DNA from: Macrostomum lignano
Taxonomy: Eukaryota
Direction: 5' to 3'
Assembly (NCBI GenBank): GCA_002269645.1
Contig: NIVC01002288.1
Span: 1 to 64,000 of the forward strand
Length of the DNA: 64,000 nucleotides
A program made the position numbers and the translations under genes. The notes below the pieces were generated by a model. It was given only the letters and a program-made list of their open reading frames with translations. It made no database searches and was not told where the DNA came from. Positions 49,245-64,000 of this stretch are shown one piece after another; within the stretch, counting starts at the first letter, position 1, and the number at the start of each line of letters is the position of its first letter.

Positions 49245-51205
49245 ACACTGACTACTGACACACTATCGAAAGGTAATTGGCAATAAGCTCTGGACAATAC
49301 TGACACATTATGGACATCTCACTACTGACACATTTTATACATCTCACTACTGACACATTTTATACATGTCACTACTGACACATTTTATACATGTCACTAC
49401 TGACACATTTTATACATCTCACTACTGACACATTTTATACATGTCACTACTGACACATTTTATACATGTCACTACTGACACATTTTATACATGTCACTAC
49501 TGACACATTTTATACATCTCACTACTGACACATTTTATACATGTCACTACTGACACATTTTATACATCTCACTACTGACACATTTTATACATCTCACTAC
49601 TGACACATTTTATACATCTCACTACTGACACATTTTATACATGTCACTACTGACACATTTTATACATGTCACTACTGACACATTTTATACATGTCACTAC
49701 TGACACATTTTATACATCTCACTACTGACACATTTTATACATCTCACTACTGACACATTTTATACATCTCACTACTGACACATTTTATACATCTCACTAC
49801 TGACACATTTTATACATGTCACTACTGACACATTTTATACATCTCACTACTGACACATTTTATACATGTCACTACTGACACATTTTATACATCTCACTAC
49901 TGACACATTTTATACATCTCACTACTGACACATTTTATACATCTCACTACGGACACATTTTATACATCTCACTACTGACACATTTTATACATCTCACTAC
50001 GGACACATTTTATACATCTCACTACTGACACATTTTATACATCTCACTACGGACACATTTTATACATGTCACTACTGACACATTTTACATCTAGCCGCTG
50101 ACCCATTTTAAACATTTAACAACTGACACATTTTACACATCTTACTACTGACACATTTGACACACCCAACTACTGAAGTTGCACTTTTATACATCTGACT
50201 GCTGACAAATTATAAACATCCAAATGCTGACACATTTTAAGCATCCAGCTGCTGACAAATTTTATACATCCAAATGCTGACACATTTTAAGCATCCAGCT
50301 GCTGACACATTTTATACATCCAAATGCTGACACATTTTAAGCATCCAACTGCTGACACATTTTATACATCCAAATGCTGACACATTTTATACATCCAACT
50401 GCTGACACATTTTATACATCCAACTGCTGACACATTTTATACATCCAACTGCTGACACATTTTATACATCCAACTGCTGACACATTTTATACATCCAAAT
50501 GCTGACACATTTGAAGCATCCAACTGCTGACACATTTTATACATCCAACTGCTGACACATTTGAAGCATCCAACTGCTGACACATTTTAAGCATCCAACT
50601 GCTGACACATTTTAAGCATCCAAATGCTGACACATTTGAAGCATCCAACTGCTGACACATTTTATACATCCAAATGCTGACACATTTGAAGCATCCAACT
50701 GCTGACACATTTTATACATCCAAATGCTGACACATTTGAAGCATCCAACTGCTGACACATTTTATACATCCAACTGCTGACACATTTGAAGCATCCAACT
50801 GCTGACACATTTTAAGCATCCAACTGCTGACACATTTTAAGCATCCAACTGCTGACACATTTTAAGCATCCAACTGCTGACACATTTTAAGCATCCAACT
50901 GCTCACACATTTTAAGCATCCAACTGCTGACACATTTTATACATCTCACTACTGACACACTTTAGACATCTCACTACTGACACATTTTAGATATCTCACT
51001 ACTCACTACTGACACACTTTATACATCTCACTACTGACACATTTCAGACATCTCACTACTGACACATTTAACATCTAGCCGCTGACCCATTTTAAACAGT
51101 CAACTACTGCCACATTTTAAACATTTACCAGCTGACACATTTTACACATCTTACTGCTGACACATTTTATGCATCCAACTGCTGACACATTTTATACATC
51201 TTATT
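49245..51205. repeat. 25-bp minisatellite with two unit variants, intergenic
   Basis: Variants actactgacacattttatacat(c/g)tc and ccaactgctgacacatttt(at/aag)cat. Confidence 0.96.
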
Positions 51206-52192
51206 ACTGACATATTGAATAAAATATATCTTGTAAATAAAGGTTTCGGTTGCACTTTAACAAATTTCCGACACACACCAACGCATAATCCTTTTAAGGA
51301 GAATACTGTATAATGAAGTTATACAGATATAACAAACACAGGTTGGAACAGGCCGATCAGAATCAAAGCTGTTCAATTGGCTGTGAGAACTGTGTAATTT
51401 GAAAATTCAAATCTCCAATAAAAATACTCAAAGCAGCTGTCTGCAATTAATTTCACGGAAAAAATGATTTCATTCGAAAACTGACTCGGTTTAAACAAAA
51501 ACAAAACGGCATTAAGAAAACAACAATGATTTGTTTTTCTGCTTGTGTGGAAGCATTTTTGTGAGCTGAAAATAAGAGGCAGTTAAATATAAAAGAACAA
51601 TGACAAACAACCGCATGAGTTCGTATGACAGAGATTTATAAATAATAGGCTGATGGCACCAGGCAGGTATTCTTTCTGACTAGGCACTTCACCAACTTTC
51701 TTTTAAAGAAAATTTACATCGAATTTAAAATTCGATCTTTCCCGTTGCTGCTTATTGATTTTAAAATAAAAATAAAAAGCATGCGCTAAGCTTAATACTT
51801 GCGAGTAGAGCGGTGCGAAAGTCAACAAGCGAACATGACAGCATATCCAGTGATCATAGATCCGAATAGCGGCAAGTTAAAGTAATGGATTAAGCACAGT
51901 TTCATTAAGAATAAACCGAGCACACAGAAAGCGTACACACGAATTGCACCGAGTATTACATAAATAGCTGTTACTGAATACAGTAACCAACATTGATAAA
52001 GAAATTCCCAAAGACCGAGGACAAATTAATAAAAACAATCGTTTTCCAAAAGCGAATTCCGTCTATGCAACGAATGGTTTGCGCTTCGATAGCCCCGCTC
52101 TGCTACTATAGTTAGTAGTAGCTTCTAGTGGGCCTTTATCTGGCAATGCTAGGCTTCCAATCCAAAGGCCTGTCACTGCAGTAGTCCACGGT

Positions 52193-63624
<11,432 letters not shown>

Positions 63625-63647
63625 CTGGAAAAACGGAGCTACCCTTA

Positions 63648-64000
63648 AAACGGCGCCAACCTTAATCATCAAAACTGCGCCATCCTCAATTATCAAAACG
63701 GCGCCACCAACAATCATCGAAACGGCACCACCCTCAATCTTTAAAACGGCACCATTTTTAATCATCAAAACGGCGCTACCCTCAATCATCAAAACGGCGC
63801 CATTCTTAATCATCAAAACGGCGCCTCCCTCAATCATCAAAACGGCGCCACCCTCAATCATCAAAAGGGCGCCACCCTCAATCATCAAAACGGCGCCACC
63901 CTTAATCATCAAAACGGCGCCACCCTCAATCATCAAAACGGCGCCACCCTCAATCATTAAAAGGGCGCCACCCTCAATCATCAAAACGGCGACACCCTTA
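63648..64000. repeat. 24-bp minisatellite, INSR intron, truncated by the window end
   Basis: Unit ctcaatcatcaaaacggcgccacc. Confidence 0.93.

Overview
Animal genomic DNA with GT-AG spliced genes. It is probably from a free-living flatworm such as Macrostomum; this is inferred from the gene set and the minisatellite-filled introns and is not proven. Genes: a multi-exon LRRC74-like gene (-), three paralogous secreted WSC+PAN/Apple genes (one decayed, one frameshifted, one intact and nested antisense in an LRRC74 intron), TP53I11 (+), intronless EIF1AD (-), CCDC186 (-), and the 3' two-thirds of an insulin/IGF receptor gene (-) that runs off the window end. The standout structure is a 9.1-kb almost perfect palindrome at 3660-12794. 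It has two ~4.5-kb arms, a 75-bp hairpin-rich spacer, CACTA...TAGTG termini and a 4-bp ATGA target-site duplication, but no transposase. It looks like a giant foldback CMC/Chapaev-type element, apparently inside an LRRC74 intron. Also present: a TA-flanked 1.57-kb element with ~470-bp TIRs, a small MITE with an 8-bp TSD, three copies of a tRNA-derived SINE, and ~28 different tandem-repeat arrays, most of them private to one intron. Most ORFs in the supplied track are by-products of these repeats. Several single-base indels in homopolymer runs suggest residual long-read assembly errors. Exon boundaries were read by eye and no searches were run.
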